Shown: positions 27,999 to 38,667 of the stretch, piece by piece
Numbering within the stretch: the first letter of the stretch is position 1
How the letters are laid out: the number at the start of each line of letters is the position of its first letter
Origin: a virus
Lineage: Duplodnaviria; Caudoviricetes
Virus record (IMG/VR): IMGVR_UViG_3300035498_000356
Span: 32,001-96,000 of that record
Direction: 5' to 3' (one strand)
DNA length: 64,000 bases
Position numbers and translations under genes: made by a program
Notes under the pieces: model-generated
Told to the model about the DNA's origin: nothing
Seen by the model: the letters and a program-made list of their open reading frames with translations, nothing else
Databases searched by the model: none

Positions 27999-28419
27999 TA
28001 TTACTATTTACACAGATGGCGCTTATTCTCCTCTACGAGACCAAGGAGGTATAGGATTAGTAATTCTATATAATGATAAGAAATTATTAGAATATTCTAA
28101 TACTTATTATCATACAAGTAATAATCAAATGGAGGTAGGAGCTGTAATAATAGCTTTACGATTAATTAAGAAACCATGTGAATCCATTGAAATTCACACT
28201 GATTCCCAATATGTTATCGGATGTGGTACATTAGGTTGGAAACGTAGAAAGAATGGAAAACTATGGCAAGAATTTGATAATCAAATTAAAAGAGTTAATC
28301 AATTATGTCCTAATATAAAGTTTATTCATGTAAAAGGACATCAAAATGATGACTCTGAATCTACTAAATGGAATAATATAGTAGATAAACTTGCTGTCCA
28401 AGCGTCACAGACAGTTTAA
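27991..28419 (+). CDS. rnhA: Ribonuclease HI
   Basis: IYTDGA, SNNQME, HTDSQYV, HVKGH, NNIVDKLA. Confidence 0.92.
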   Translation: MNNITIYTDGAYSPLRDQGGIGLVILYNDKKLLEYSNTYYHTSNNQMEVGAVIIALRLIKKPCESIEIHTDSQYVIGCGTLGWKRRKNGKLWQEFDNQIKRVNQLCPNIKFIHVKGHQNDDSESTKWNNIVDKLAVQASQTV

Positions 28420-28424
28420 TTTTT

Positions 28425-28805
28425 ATGAAGTATTTTTTAACTCTGTTGTTAAGTTTGTTTTTCTTAACATCATTCGCTGAGCAACCTTCATTTATGTCTT
28501 TAGGACCTAAAGAAGGCTTATGGGAAGCTTTAGAATATTACAATATCCATAATAAGGAAATTGTATATGCTCAAGCTGTTCTGGAAACTGGACACTTTAA
28601 ATACACAAATAATAATAATTTATTTGGCATTAAAAGTGGTAAACATTATCGTAAGTTTAAACATTGGTCAGAAAGTGTTGAAGCTTATAAAAATCTTATT
28701 CAATCTAGGCATAAACCTGGAGAAAATTATTATCATTTTTTAGAAAGAATTAGATATGCAGAAGCTAAAGCATATACGAGATTACTTCGTCAAATTGCTA
28801 AATAG
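28425..28805 (+). CDS. Glucosaminidase/FlgJ-like peptidoglycan hydrolase with signal peptide
   Basis: AQAVLETG, NNLFGIK, YAEAKAY; N-terminal signal sequence. Confidence 0.8.
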   Translation: MKYFLTLLLSLFFLTSFAEQPSFMSLGPKEGLWEALEYYNIHNKEIVYAQAVLETGHFKYTNNNNLFGIKSGKHYRKFKHWSESVEAYKNLIQSRHKPGENYYHFLERIRYAEAKAYTRLLRQIAK

Positions 28806-29283
28806 CAATATCATCGGAAGTATTCAAGGGTATGTTAAAGAATTTAAAACTAACTTTAAATATACAATTGAAGGCTATAAACGATGGTTTGATTATAGAA
28901 GATTAGTAATTCACGACTTCTATGATTTTGACTACTCTAGTATTCTATTAGCTGAACAATATCAAATTAAGCGAGTGCGGGATTCAATTATTAAATATCA
29001 AACTCATGTATCATGGGAAAGAGATGTTGAAAAAATGAATCTTGCACTTTCTTTATTGGATATTATTCTTGATAATGTAGATATACTTGAGATAGGCGAA
29101 GGTCCGTGGAAGAAAGGTAAATGGAAACTACTTAAATATGTAAACACTAGAAACCTTTATAGATTTACAGACTTTGATGTTCCTAAATTACCTGAAATTA
29201 CAGCCAAAAATCTATATTACGAAAAAGCTTGGTATCTTTATTTTGAACTTAGAAAAGAATTTACACGTAATTGGTGGGATTAA
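28756..29283 (+). CDS. Hypothetical protein (C-terminal WWD)
   Basis: ORF track; start codon uncertain. Confidence 0.7.
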   Translation: MQKLKHIRDYFVKLLNSNIIGSIQGYVKEFKTNFKYTIEGYKRWFDYRRLVIHDFYDFDYSSILLAEQYQIKRVRDSIIKYQTHVSWERDVEKMNLALSLLDIILDNVDILEIGEGPWKKGKWKLLKYVNTRNLYRFTDFDVPKLPEITAKNLYYEKAWYLYFELRKEFTRNWWD

Positions 29284-29286
29284 AAT

Positions 29287-29730
29287 ATGGAAAAGTTAAC
29301 AAACGCTGAAGTTAAAGCATTGACTAATCAAGTAATAAAAGAGCTTGAAAATTATCAAGAAAGAAAGAGGAAAGAAAATATGGATAAATATCAACCTAGT
29401 GATACTTATCTAAAACTTGATGCTTTGCTTAAAGAATACAAGAGGTCCAATGATGTAATAGAAGCTATGCAAAAAATAGCAAAAGAGAGTTATGATAAAA
29501 TTCAAAAACTCTCTAAAGAAGCTACTAATAATAAGTATTGGATTAATTGTGGAGATGCTAATCATGTTCTTAATATGCAAAAAGAATACGAATGCACTCC
29601 TAAAATACCTGATAGAGAAACAATTAAAGATGATATTATAATATCTTCTATTGGTTGTGAGCAAAGTGGATTTGCTGAGAATATTATTAGACGTATTGTA
29701 AATAAATACATAAAGTATGGTAATAAATGA
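29287..29730 (+). CDS. Hypothetical protein
   Basis: ORF track. Confidence 0.7.
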   Translation: MEKLTNAEVKALTNQVIKELENYQERKRKENMDKYQPSDTYLKLDALLKEYKRSNDVIEAMQKIAKESYDKIQKLSKEATNNKYWINCGDANHVLNMQKEYECTPKIPDRETIKDDIIISSIGCEQSGFAENIIRRIVNKYIKYGNK

Positions 29731-30001
29731 ATCTGATTTTCGATTAACTTTAATTAAAGATACAAGTGGTATTTTTGATTTAGAGTTATTAAAGACAATC
29801 AATAAAGGGAAAGAGAATGAAAGGCAAGAATTTGCTAATGTAGCTTATGGAGTATCTTTAGATACAGCAATTAAATATATTGCTAACTATAGAATACAAA
29901 ATAAGTTAGAATCCTCTAACCTGGAAACATACTTAACCGAATATAGAAACATTGTAAAAGAAATAACTGATTGTGTTAGAAAGATTACTGAACTCCCTTA
30001 A
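29717..30001 (+). CDS. Hypothetical protein
   Basis: ORF track. Confidence 0.7.
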   Translation: MVINESDFRLTLIKDTSGIFDLELLKTINKGKENERQEFANVAYGVSLDTAIKYIANYRIQNKLESSNLETYLTEYRNIVKEITDCVRKITELP

Positions 30002-30452
30002 TTCATTATGTGAATTTTTAGAAGAAGTATATGAAATAAATGAAGGAGGATGTTGTTTTGTAGCTATGGAATTAGCTAAACAATTTGATAAACTTCATAT
30101 TAAATATGAACTCGTTGTTTATGATACAGAAGAGCGTAGTCAATTTGAAATTGAAGATGAGATTCGGAATAAGCATCGAAATAGTATGCATCGTAGGCAT
30201 TGTATAACTGGAACTGGAACATGTTATCATTATTGTTTGAAAGTAGGAGATACTTTCATTAATGATACTGATCGAGAAGTATATGGTTACTTAATTCCAG
30301 ATGTTGATGCATCTAATATATCGTATATTTACAAAAATGGATTGTGGAATGATTTATATAACAAAAATCATAACAAAACAGTTAGAAGTCTAATAAAATC
30401 ATTCTTTAAAGAGTATGAAGATATTGATTTCAAAAATGTATGTCTAGATTAG
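29973..30452 (+). CDS. Hypothetical protein (INEGGCC motif)
   Basis: ORF track. Confidence 0.7.
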   Translation: MLERLLNSLNSLCEFLEEVYEINEGGCCFVAMELAKQFDKLHIKYELVVYDTEERSQFEIEDEIRNKHRNSMHRRHCITGTGTCYHYCLKVGDTFINDTDREVYGYLIPDVDASNISYIYKNGLWNDLYNKNHNKTVRSLIKSFFKEYEDIDFKNVCLD

Positions 30453-30492
30453 ACATGCCAATTAAATATTCACAATGTAATAATTTACACGT

Positions 30493-30885
30493 ATGAAAAA
30501 GAATGTAAAATCAGAGAGAGTTAATGTAAGAAATGATAATGAAATGCGTTTAAATGGCTTCTTTAGGCCTTTTGAACAAGCTAAACGAGATGTATCAGTA
30601 TGGTCAAAAACTGATAATGATCGTAAACTCTTGAAACGATTGAAACATAGCATGAAAGGAGATTGGCATTTTCATGCTATTCCTAGACCGAGACCTTTGT
30701 GTAAAGCTAAACTTATTGTAAGACTAAAGAATAATAAGAAATTTAAGAAATCTGTTTATTCTTTTGAATGTTTTGATACTGAAATTAATGATTTGATTGC
30801 TTCATTTGGACATGTAAATAAAAATGGGTATCACGTTTCTCCAGTAATTAGTTATTCATTTAATGGAAAATATCATCACGTATAG
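30493..30885 (+). CDS. Basic hypothetical protein
   Basis: ORF track. Confidence 0.7.
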   Translation: MKKNVKSERVNVRNDNEMRLNGFFRPFEQAKRDVSVWSKTDNDRKLLKRLKHSMKGDWHFHAIPRPRPLCKAKLIVRLKNNKKFKKSVYSFECFDTEINDLIASFGHVNKNGYHVSPVISYSFNGKYHHV

Positions 30886-31126
30886 ATATAATAATGAACA
30901 ATTAATAGAAATGCCATATTATTTATATGAATTTTCTTATTATGAATTATTTAAGAATGGATGTAGAAGTATAGATAGTAAGTTTATAAAATCAAATAAA
31001 CCACTTAGTATTTCCGATTATTCTAAAATTAATTCTAAAGTTGTTCGTTTTGTCTCTTTATTAGGTGCTCCATTATCTTACATAAAAGAATTAAAATTAC
31101 CAATATTTAAATTAAAGAAGAAATGA
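30863..31126 (+). CDS. Hypothetical protein
   Basis: ORF track. Confidence 0.6.
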   Translation: MENIITYRYNNEQLIEMPYYLYEFSYYELFKNGCRSIDSKFIKSNKPLSISDYSKINSKVVRFVSLLGAPLSYIKELKLPIFKLKKK

Positions 31127-31494
31127 AAGAAAAATTCACAACTTGGACTGATACTTTTGTTGATAATGAGGGTAAGTCACATCATTTTATAATTGTTGCT
31201 CTTACTGAAATTATTGATCCAAGAGTGCTTGCATTTCCAGATGGGAATAGAACCAAATTAGTTAAAGGTGTTAAACTTGGATGGGCTATTTGTAATCCTA
31301 CTGATAAATTTGATACCCAGTTGGGTATTGAAATTGCAAAAGGACGTGCCAAAAAGAATTCTGAATATGCTTTAATGGCAAGTGAAAATGGATACATAAA
31401 TACCAATATGATTGTTGCATTTTTAGGACAAGAAGCTCAATTCTTTAAGTCTAATCCTGGAACTAAGATAGTAAAATATCGTAGAATTAAATGA
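31123..31494 (+). CDS. Hypothetical protein (CNPTDKFD...GIEIAKGRA)
   Basis: ORF track. Confidence 0.7.
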   Translation: MKEKFTTWTDTFVDNEGKSHHFIIVALTEIIDPRVLAFPDGNRTKLVKGVKLGWAICNPTDKFDTQLGIEIAKGRAKKNSEYALMASENGYINTNMIVAFLGQEAQFFKSNPGTKIVKYRRIK

Positions 31495-31826
31495 AAAAAG
31501 CTTTAAGTATTGCAATAATTATTATTGGATTACTTCTAGTATATATACTGTGTAACTGGTATTATACTCATAAAACAAATGTAGATTCAATAGATTATGT
31601 TGAACAAATAGATTCTATTGAATCTGCATTAGATGACCTGCAAGTAAAGAAAGACAGTACAAATTCACAGATAGAAGCAATAGTTATCAAAATAAAAGAG
31701 AATTCTGATAAGTATGAAAAAGTTAGTAATACTATTATTAACAACACTCCTACTGACGACTACTTGTTTTTCTCAAACTATATCAACTCAAACAAATCAA
31801 GACTCGATAGTTTATATAACTTCTGA
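31491..31826 (+). CDS. N-terminal TM plus coiled-coil protein (i-spanin-like)
   Basis: TM helix then coiled coil; overlaps the next gene by 113 nt. Confidence 0.55.
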   Translation: MKKALSIAIIIIGLLLVYILCNWYYTHKTNVDSIDYVEQIDSIESALDDLQVKKDSTNSQIEAIVIKIKENSDKYEKVSNTIINNTPTDDYLFFSNYINSNKSRLDSLYNF

Positions 31827-32118
31827 ACAACTTAAATATACGAATCTTATATTTGTAGAGCACGATAAGTTATTTAATGAAAATATTCTCTTAAATAAAC
31901 AAATTTCTAATTATCAGAATAAAGTGGATATACTTGAAAAATCTGATTCTTTAAGAAATGTAGAAGTAGGAGTATATAAAGATTTAAGTAGCAATTATAC
32001 TTCACAAATAAAAGCTTTGAATAAGACTATTAAGAATAAAAAGAAAACTATTCTAGGTCTTGAAATCGGAGTTGTTGCTATCTCTGTAGCATTTTTAATT
32101 TATGGACTTGTTAAATGA
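31714..32118 (+). CDS. Signal peptide, coiled coil and C-terminal TM protein (spanin-partner-like)
   Basis: MKKLVILLL...TCFSQ signal; overlapping arrangement reminiscent of Rz/Rz1. Confidence 0.55.
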   Translation: MKKLVILLLTTLLLTTTCFSQTISTQTNQDSIVYITSEQLKYTNLIFVEHDKLFNENILLNKQISNYQNKVDILEKSDSLRNVEVGVYKDLSSNYTSQIKALNKTIKNKKKTILGLEIGVVAISVAFLIYGLVK

Positions 32119-32235
32119 AAAAACCAAGAGTAAAGAAAGATGAATACGGAGTAAAATATAAATATCCAGATAGAACATGTAAGGAATGTAAAAAATATCC
32201 TTGCTTTACAGGTATAACTTTATGTCGATCTGATT

Positions 32236-32568
32236 TTGCAAAATACGGGTGCGTCTATTACGGTAGTTAAATGTAAATTAGTTGCATCTATGACAGATTT
32301 AGCAGATTATGTTACTTATGTATTTGAAATTCTAGATAAAGAGTTTCTTAGATATTCTAAGTATATAATGTGTACTAAATTTCCGAATTGGGAAACAAAG
32401 TTGATTGCGATAGGTGATATTGGATATTTACATTTTGAGGAAATTGAAGCAGGTAAAGATAGATGGTGGGATGGAAATAAATTTGTTTCATATCGTTATG
32501 ATATGACTCAATTTATAAACTTTGTTCCTGAACCAACACCAGAAGATAATCAACAATATATAATGTAA
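32236..32568 (+). CDS. Hypothetical protein
   Basis: ORF track; start codon uncertain. Confidence 0.7.
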   Translation: MQNTGASITVVKCKLVASMTDLADYVTYVFEILDKEFLRYSKYIMCTKFPNWETKLIAIGDIGYLHFEEIEAGKDRWWDGNKFVSYRYDMTQFINFVPEPTPEDNQQYIM

Positions 32569-32585
32569 TAAATAGAGTATTTTAA

Positions 32586-33458
32586 ATGTTTAAAGAGAAA
32601 CTAACTGAGGCTATCAACGCAAAGAATAATGATGTTAATTCTTACGTATGGAAATTTGCTAGAGATGAAAATGGTAATCAAGATTCAATTCGTTTAGTTG
32701 ACGCTACTGAAGAACAGCTTAATCAATTTTATAAGAGAGCTAATGTAATGCTCCATAATACTGATTCTAAAAATCCAGGTAGATATGTAATTAGACAGAT
32801 TACACGCGACCAAATGGATAGATGTAATACTGAATTGTTCTTGCGTGAATATCGTAAAGGTGCATTTACTAATGGAGAAGCATGTTCTCAATATATTCTA
32901 TGTCGTCAATTGCTTGATAGAATTAATGAGAATAAAGAAGTATTCCCTGATGGTAAACTTTATGAAATTCCTATTACTGAAATCTTTACAAATGTACCTA
33001 CAGAATATAGAAATCTAAGTGTTGGTTTGCTAGTAGATGCATGTATGGATAAGCTTGGTGCTATTAATACTTCACATATTTCTTTTAAGTTTATTGTAAC
33101 TCATCTAGGTGTATTTCTATCTGATGATGATATTAAAGAACTTGTTAGCAATAATGAAAGAGGTAAGTATTTAAGTAATGAATCTTTAGTTAAAGAAGCG
33201 CTTGATATTAAGCCAAATTATCAAGTACGTGTAAGTCCTTCTGGTCTCAGTTATTCAGAATTTAGATCTATGGTTCGGTTGAAGTCTCGTTCAATATATC
33301 AATATTCAAGTCTTACAACTGAACAACTTCTAACATTACGTAATAAAGTATTATTCCGTTTTGAACAAAAAGTCAATCATCAAATTCAACAGTGGGAAGA
33401 TATTATTACACAAATTCGCAAAGTTGCAGAATTTAAAGGATATACTTTGGAAGATTGA
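32586..33458 (+). CDS. Hypothetical protein
   Basis: 290-aa ORF upstream of the helicase. Confidence 0.8.
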   Translation: MFKEKLTEAINAKNNDVNSYVWKFARDENGNQDSIRLVDATEEQLNQFYKRANVMLHNTDSKNPGRYVIRQITRDQMDRCNTELFLREYRKGAFTNGEACSQYILCRQLLDRINENKEVFPDGKLYEIPITEIFTNVPTEYRNLSVGLLVDACMDKLGAINTSHISFKFIVTHLGVFLSDDDIKELVSNNERGKYLSNESLVKEALDIKPNYQVRVSPSGLSYSEFRSMVRLKSRSIYQYSSLTTEQLLTLRNKVLFRFEQKVNHQIQQWEDIITQIRKVAEFKGYTLED

Positions 33459-33493
33459 TGTAAATAATCTTTCTGCTCTTATTTATTTAGTAT

Positions 33494-34753
33494 ATGATTT
33501 CACGAGATGATAAACAAAAAGAATGTATTAAGTATTGGCTAAAAAATAAAGCATGTGGAACAATGGTAATGCCAACTGGTTTTGGTAAAACTAGAACTGC
33601 ATTAAAAGCCTTAAAACTTTTTATTGATAAAAGAAAAGATACAACATTTATTGTTGTTGTACCTACTGATAATTTAAAAGTTCAATGGGAGCAACAACTT
33701 GATGAATGGGGTCTATCATTAAATGGTCAGGTTATAATTATTAATACTGCTATCAAAAACAAATATATTACTGATATTTTAGTGATAGACGAATGCCATC
33801 GTTCTAACTCAACATGCTTTAGAGAATTATTTAAAGCTGTACAATATAAATATGTTCTTGGATTAACTGCTACATATGAACGCCTTGATGGATTACAGAG
33901 AGAAGTTATGGATAAATATTGCCCTGTATGTATTACAGTTACTCTTGAAGAAGCATTACTAAATGAATGGTTGTCGCCATATACTGAATATCAAGTTTTA
34001 ATAAGCGTTGATGATATAGATGAATATAAAAAGTATAATAAGGAATTTGTAACGCATTTTGAATTTTTCTCATTTGATTGGAATAAAGTTATGTCTTGCA
34101 TAGGTCCTAAAGGATTTATTGCAAGATCAAAACTTAGAGATGAAATGTGTCCAAATGGAACAGAAGAACAACGTAAACAAATGTTTCAACAGATTACATT
34201 TCATGCTACTGGATTCATGAGAGCCTTAACAAAACGTAAAGCTTTTATAAATAATCATCCTAAGAAATTAGAATTGGCTAGAAAAATAATTAATGCTTTA
34301 CCGAATTCTAAAATTATAACGTTTTCAAATAACATTAAAATGGCAGAGTCAATTGGTATTGGTCCAGTTTATTCTGGTAAGGATAGTAAGAAAAAAGCTA
34401 GAGCAAGTTTGGAAGAGTTTAATAATCAAGAAAAAGGAGTATTGAATTCTATTAAAAAACTTTGCGAAGGTGCTGATCTTAAAGGTCTCGATACTGCTAT
34501 TATGTTAGGAATTGATTCATCGGAAATACGTGCTACTCAATCAAGGGGTAGAGCAATTCGATTCAAACAAGGAAAACATGCTTTAATATTTAATTTAATC
34601 ATTGACGACACAGTAGAAACAACTTGGTTTAAAAATAGTCATAAAAATTCTCAATATGTAACAATAGATGAGAATGGATTGGATGATGTTCTTAATAATA
34701 AAGAACCTCAACCATATAAAAAGACTATTAAACAATTTCAATTTAGATTTTAA
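33494..34753 (+). CDS. Superfamily 2 (DExH) helicase
   Basis: PTGFGKT, DECH, LTAT, EGADL, QSRGRAIR. Confidence 0.92.
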   Translation: MISRDDKQKECIKYWLKNKACGTMVMPTGFGKTRTALKALKLFIDKRKDTTFIVVVPTDNLKVQWEQQLDEWGLSLNGQVIIINTAIKNKYITDILVIDECHRSNSTCFRELFKAVQYKYVLGLTATYERLDGLQREVMDKYCPVCITVTLEEALLNEWLSPYTEYQVLISVDDIDEYKKYNKEFVTHFEFFSFDWNKVMSCIGPKGFIARSKLRDEMCPNGTEEQRKQMFQQITFHATGFMRALTKRKAFINNHPKKLELARKIINALPNSKIITFSNNIKMAESIGIGPVYSGKDSKKKARASLEEFNNQEKGVLNSIKKLCEGADLKGLDTAIMLGIDSSEIRATQSRGRAIRFKQGKHALIFNLIIDDTVETTWFKNSHKNSQYVTIDENGLDDVLNNKEPQPYKKTIKQFQFRF

Positions 34754-34844
34754 TAATTCTATGTAAAAATTACACCTCGAAAGAGTATTATGCTTTTACA
34801 GTTTAAAGATGCAAGTATTATTTGTATAAACACTTTAAACTGAT

Positions 34845-35459
34845 TTGAACTTAACATTAACACTAGAAGATGAAATTTCAGTTTTAGAAAAATACCGATT
34901 AACTCCTACTGAATTGTTTCTTTTGAGAGTATTACTAATATTCCAGGATGAAAATGATACTAAATTGTTTTCTAATTATATAAAAACACTTAAACAAGCA
35001 GGAGTTAATTTAAGATCTGTATTACAAAATTTACAGAATAAAGGTATTATACTTAAAAGTTATAAGATACCCGAAGAAGGCCAACAATTTGATCCTTTTG
35101 ATATTGAAATTAATAGAAATTTCATTAAGACATTATACAAATGCTCATTTGAATTAGGAAAAGAGTTATTTGAAAACTATCCACAATTCACTACTATAAA
35201 TAATAGTATTGTTTCTTTAAGAGGAGTAAGTAAATTCTTTAATTCTCTAGAAGATGCATATTTTAAATATGGTAGATATATTAAGTGGAATGTTGAAACA
35301 CATAATCATATTATTGAACTTGTTAAATGGGGTAAAGAACATGACGTCATTAAACAATCATTAGGAAGTTTTATAGTTAATAATGCTTGGTTAGACTTAG
35401 AAGCATTGCAAAATGGAGATACAGTTAATTATAACTATGATTCTATTAGAGAACTATGA
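34845..35459 (+). CDS. Hypothetical replication-associated protein
   Basis: TTG start; ATGA-coupled to dnaB. Confidence 0.7.
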   Translation: MNLTLTLEDEISVLEKYRLTPTELFLLRVLLIFQDENDTKLFSNYIKTLKQAGVNLRSVLQNLQNKGIILKSYKIPEEGQQFDPFDIEINRNFIKTLYKCSFELGKELFENYPQFTTINNSIVSLRGVSKFFNSLEDAYFKYGRYIKWNVETHNHIIELVKWGKEHDVIKQSLGSFIVNNAWLDLEALQNGDTVNYNYDSIREL

Positions 35460-37090
35460 TTACTGAAGCTCTTATTGAAGCAATTAAGCGAGGTCGTGAA
35501 GGAAAGTCTCAAGGTTATAGTATTGGACTTCCTAAACTTGAACAAGTCATTGATGGAGTATGTAAGGGAACTTACGTTTTACTCGGAGCAGAATCCGGGG
35601 TAGGTTGCAATTTTTAACACAGCCGTTCCAATTGAGGAATCATTGGAATTATTATTGGGCAATATCGGTGAAAGTCTTAATAAAGATAACACCGAGATAA
35701 ATTCAGAAATTAAAGAATCTGAATCATCGTACAGCATAGATATTGAACCTCTTAATTGAGAATATAATATATCCAAGAGTGTCCAACATCCCAACTGAAA
35801 TAAGTGGATGAAAATATATGCGGGACTTATTAGTGATAATAAGAAACTAGAATAAAAAATCTAGTGATAACATACTCGAAAAGCTCATTTATGCTCTATT
35901 CAATGATTTATAGACCTATTATGGATCATCTAGATGATGGAAAATTCAAAATAAGCCTATTTAGTCTTGAAATGAATGCGGATATGATTTTAGCTAAATT
36001 ATTATCTACATATATTTTTGAGACTTACAATGTTAGATTAAGCATTAAACAACTTTTATCAGTGCAAAGAGGATTTATTTTGAATGATGATTGTTATCAA
36101 ATAGTAGAAAAATGTATTCCATGGATGAGAAAAGTGGAATCTATTATAACTATTTATGATAAGAATGCTTCTGCTAATTCAATTTATTCTCATCTTCTTA
36201 AAGAATTAGAAGCTAGAGGACATTTTGAAGAATCTGATAAAAGAAAAATATATATTCCTGATGATCCAGACATTATACACATCGTAGTGGTCGATCATCT
36301 CGCCAGAATTTATGCGTCTGAGGGAAGAACACTCAAACAAGAGATGGATTTAACCTCTAAATATCTCTATTCATTAAAGAATCGTTGTGGTATATCACCA
36401 ATTGTTATACAACAATTAAATAGAGGTATTCAAGGCATGGATCGACGACGTGAGGGAATGTTAACTCCTACAACAGCAGATTTTAAAGATACCAATTCGT
36501 CAAAATAGGCGAATTTAAAACTCCGTTAAACGGGGAAAATCCTAACTTGGACAATCCCGTGCTAAACCTTCAAGAAATTGAAGAAAATGCCTAACGACTA
36601 GAAGTGAAGCTAAACAGGTAATGCTGTAGCTATAAATTCTTCCACGAAAGCGGGGCACTGTTTCTATTAATAGAAATTAAAGATATAGTCTGAACTATAT
36701 AGAAATATATAGAAGTTATAGATAAAGAGCTATGACGTTAACAAAATTGCAATAGAAGACGCAGAGATAGTTCTAGCTTTATTTAGCCCTAATCGTTTAA
36801 AATTAAATAGTCATAGAGGCTATGATATTAAACAAATGGGCGATAAGTTTAGAAGTGTCATTGTTCTTAAATCAAGGTATGGAGAATCTGATGTTGAGGA
36901 TTTTATTTATTATGATGGAAAATGTAATGTTTGGAAGGAGCTTCCTAGAGCTTCTGAAATAATAGATTATGGTAAATTTGATAATCCACGATGGTGGATA
37001 GATAATGTCAAAGGTATTGAATTTATAGATTCTGAAGTCAAAGATGATCAATCTAAAGATAGTGAAACTAACTTTAAATTCGTTCTATAA
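35456..37090 (+). CDS. dnaB: Replicative DnaB helicase split by two group I introns (exons 35456-35605, 35879-36500, 36750-37090)
   Basis: Splicing restores Walker A GAESGVG|KSS and DFKDTNS|SIEDAEIV; VVVDHL, QQLNR and KSRYG motifs present. Confidence 0.9.
35606..35878 (+). mobile_element. Group I intron 1 in dnaB (no ORF)
   Basis: P1 GGT|TG/CAGCC with a U-G pair at the splice site; ends in G; S-like AAATATATGCGGGAC. Confidence 0.85.
36501..36749 (+). mobile_element. Group I intron 2 in dnaB (IA2-like, no ORF)
   Basis: P1 AATTCGT/GCGAATT; AACGACTA and AAGATATAGTCT elements; terminal G. Confidence 0.9.
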
Positions 37091-38119
37091 TGGCAGCAGA
37101 AACTATATTAATTTTAGGTGAATCTGGAACTGGTAAAAGTTCATCTTTACGCAATCTTGATCCCACTACAACATTTATTATATCAACTACTTCTAAACCT
37201 CTTCCTTGGAGAGGATGGAAGAAGCATTATAGTAAATGGGACTTAAAAACAAACCCACAAGGCAATTGGTATCAAACATCCAATTCACAAAATATTGGAA
37301 CTATTATGAAATATGTAAGTGCTAAAAGACCAGAAATAAAAACACTTATATTTGAAGATGCTCAGTACTCAATGTCATTTGCTTTCATGGATAGACGTTC
37401 TGAAAAGTCTTATGATAAGTTTAATGATATTGGTGGAGACTTCACTGACCTACTTAGAATATCAGAATCGCTTCGTGATGATCTAAAAGTAGTATTCATC
37501 AGTCATAGTGATAATATTGGTGACAATATGAACCCACACTGGAGTTTAAAAACGATTGGTAAATTTTTTTGCCTGTTAATCCCTAATTCGGTAAGAGTTA
37601 AATATAAAAAATACGCTCTCTAAGAAAGCCTAAGGTCCAAATTTATATGGTTTGGATAGCTGGTAATACCGAGCCAAGCTGGAATTTGTAATTCCTGGCG
37701 TGTGTAACGACTATCTCCGTATCGGGAGAGTAAAATTAATTTGATAAATTAGTTTGAAATGGGATTTATTAACCTGTAGATTTTTATTTTCAAGAATAAA
37801 AAATCAGGTTAATTAAGATATAGTCTAAACTATATAGAAATATATAGAATATAATGGTATTAGATTTTATCACTAATATGTAAACATTATATTATAATTG
37901 AAAATGGTCAACGAAAAGATAACACCAGAAGGTTTGTTCACCTATGTATTTTATGCTATGGTTGTCGATGGTGATAATGATTATGAATATAAATTCTTAA
38001 CCAACACTGATAGAGAACATGTAGCAAAAACACCTATGGGAATGTTTGAAGATAAATTAATTGATAATGATTTAGCAGAGATTATTAAAGTAATTGATGC
38101 TTATAATGAAGGAGAATGA
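37090..38119 (+). CDS. AAA_24/Sak4-like ATPase split by a group I intron (exons 37090-37560, 37901-38119)
   Basis: GESGTGKS; the spliced junction reads KTIG|KMVNEKITPEGLFT; AKTPMGMF. Confidence 0.88.
37561..37900 (+). mobile_element. Group I intron (IA2-like, no ORF)
   Basis: GGT|...GCC P1; AACGACTA; AAGATATAGTCT; terminal G. Confidence 0.88.
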
Positions 38120-38652
38120 GTAAATTAACATTTCAATTTTCTTTTGACACAGAAACAGGAGAATTTTCTGTAGTCAATACTGATACTGGAGAAGTAAAAA
38201 CAGCTAAAGTATCTAAGAAAGTAGAAGTTTCTGACAATGAAACTCCTACTTTAACTTTGGAAGACACCAAGTGTGTTCTTAATGGTTCTGCAATTCATCT
38301 ATTGAATGTAGAACCTGGTGATAAACTAGATATTAAATATCGTAAAAAAGATTCTATTATTCCTGTAATAGCTACTGATGATACATTTGGAACTCACTCA
38401 GGCAATAAGCTTTGTAAGAATAATAGTTTTGCATATCGTGGAAGTAAGCATGATGAACTTGCTAAGTATGGTACTGTATTTACTCTAGTTAAAGATTCAG
38501 AAGGAGTATTTATTCTGCAAGGAGATAAAACTCCAGAACCTTTAGTTGAAGATACTCCAGTAGAAACGGATAATCTTGATTCTGAATTAGAAAATCTTCT
38601 TAATTCAGATTCGGATGTAACAGAAATTTCAGATTTTCAATTTACTCTTTAA
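38116..38652 (+). CDS. Hypothetical protein with acidic tail
   Basis: ORF track. Confidence 0.75.
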   Translation: MSKLTFQFSFDTETGEFSVVNTDTGEVKTAKVSKKVEVSDNETPTLTLEDTKCVLNGSAIHLLNVEPGDKLDIKYRKKDSIIPVIATDDTFGTHSGNKLCKNNSFAYRGSKHDELAKYGTVFTLVKDSEGVFILQGDKTPEPLVEDTPVETDNLDSELENLLNSDSDVTEISDFQFTL

Positions 38653-38667
38653 ATAATTTTATAAATT

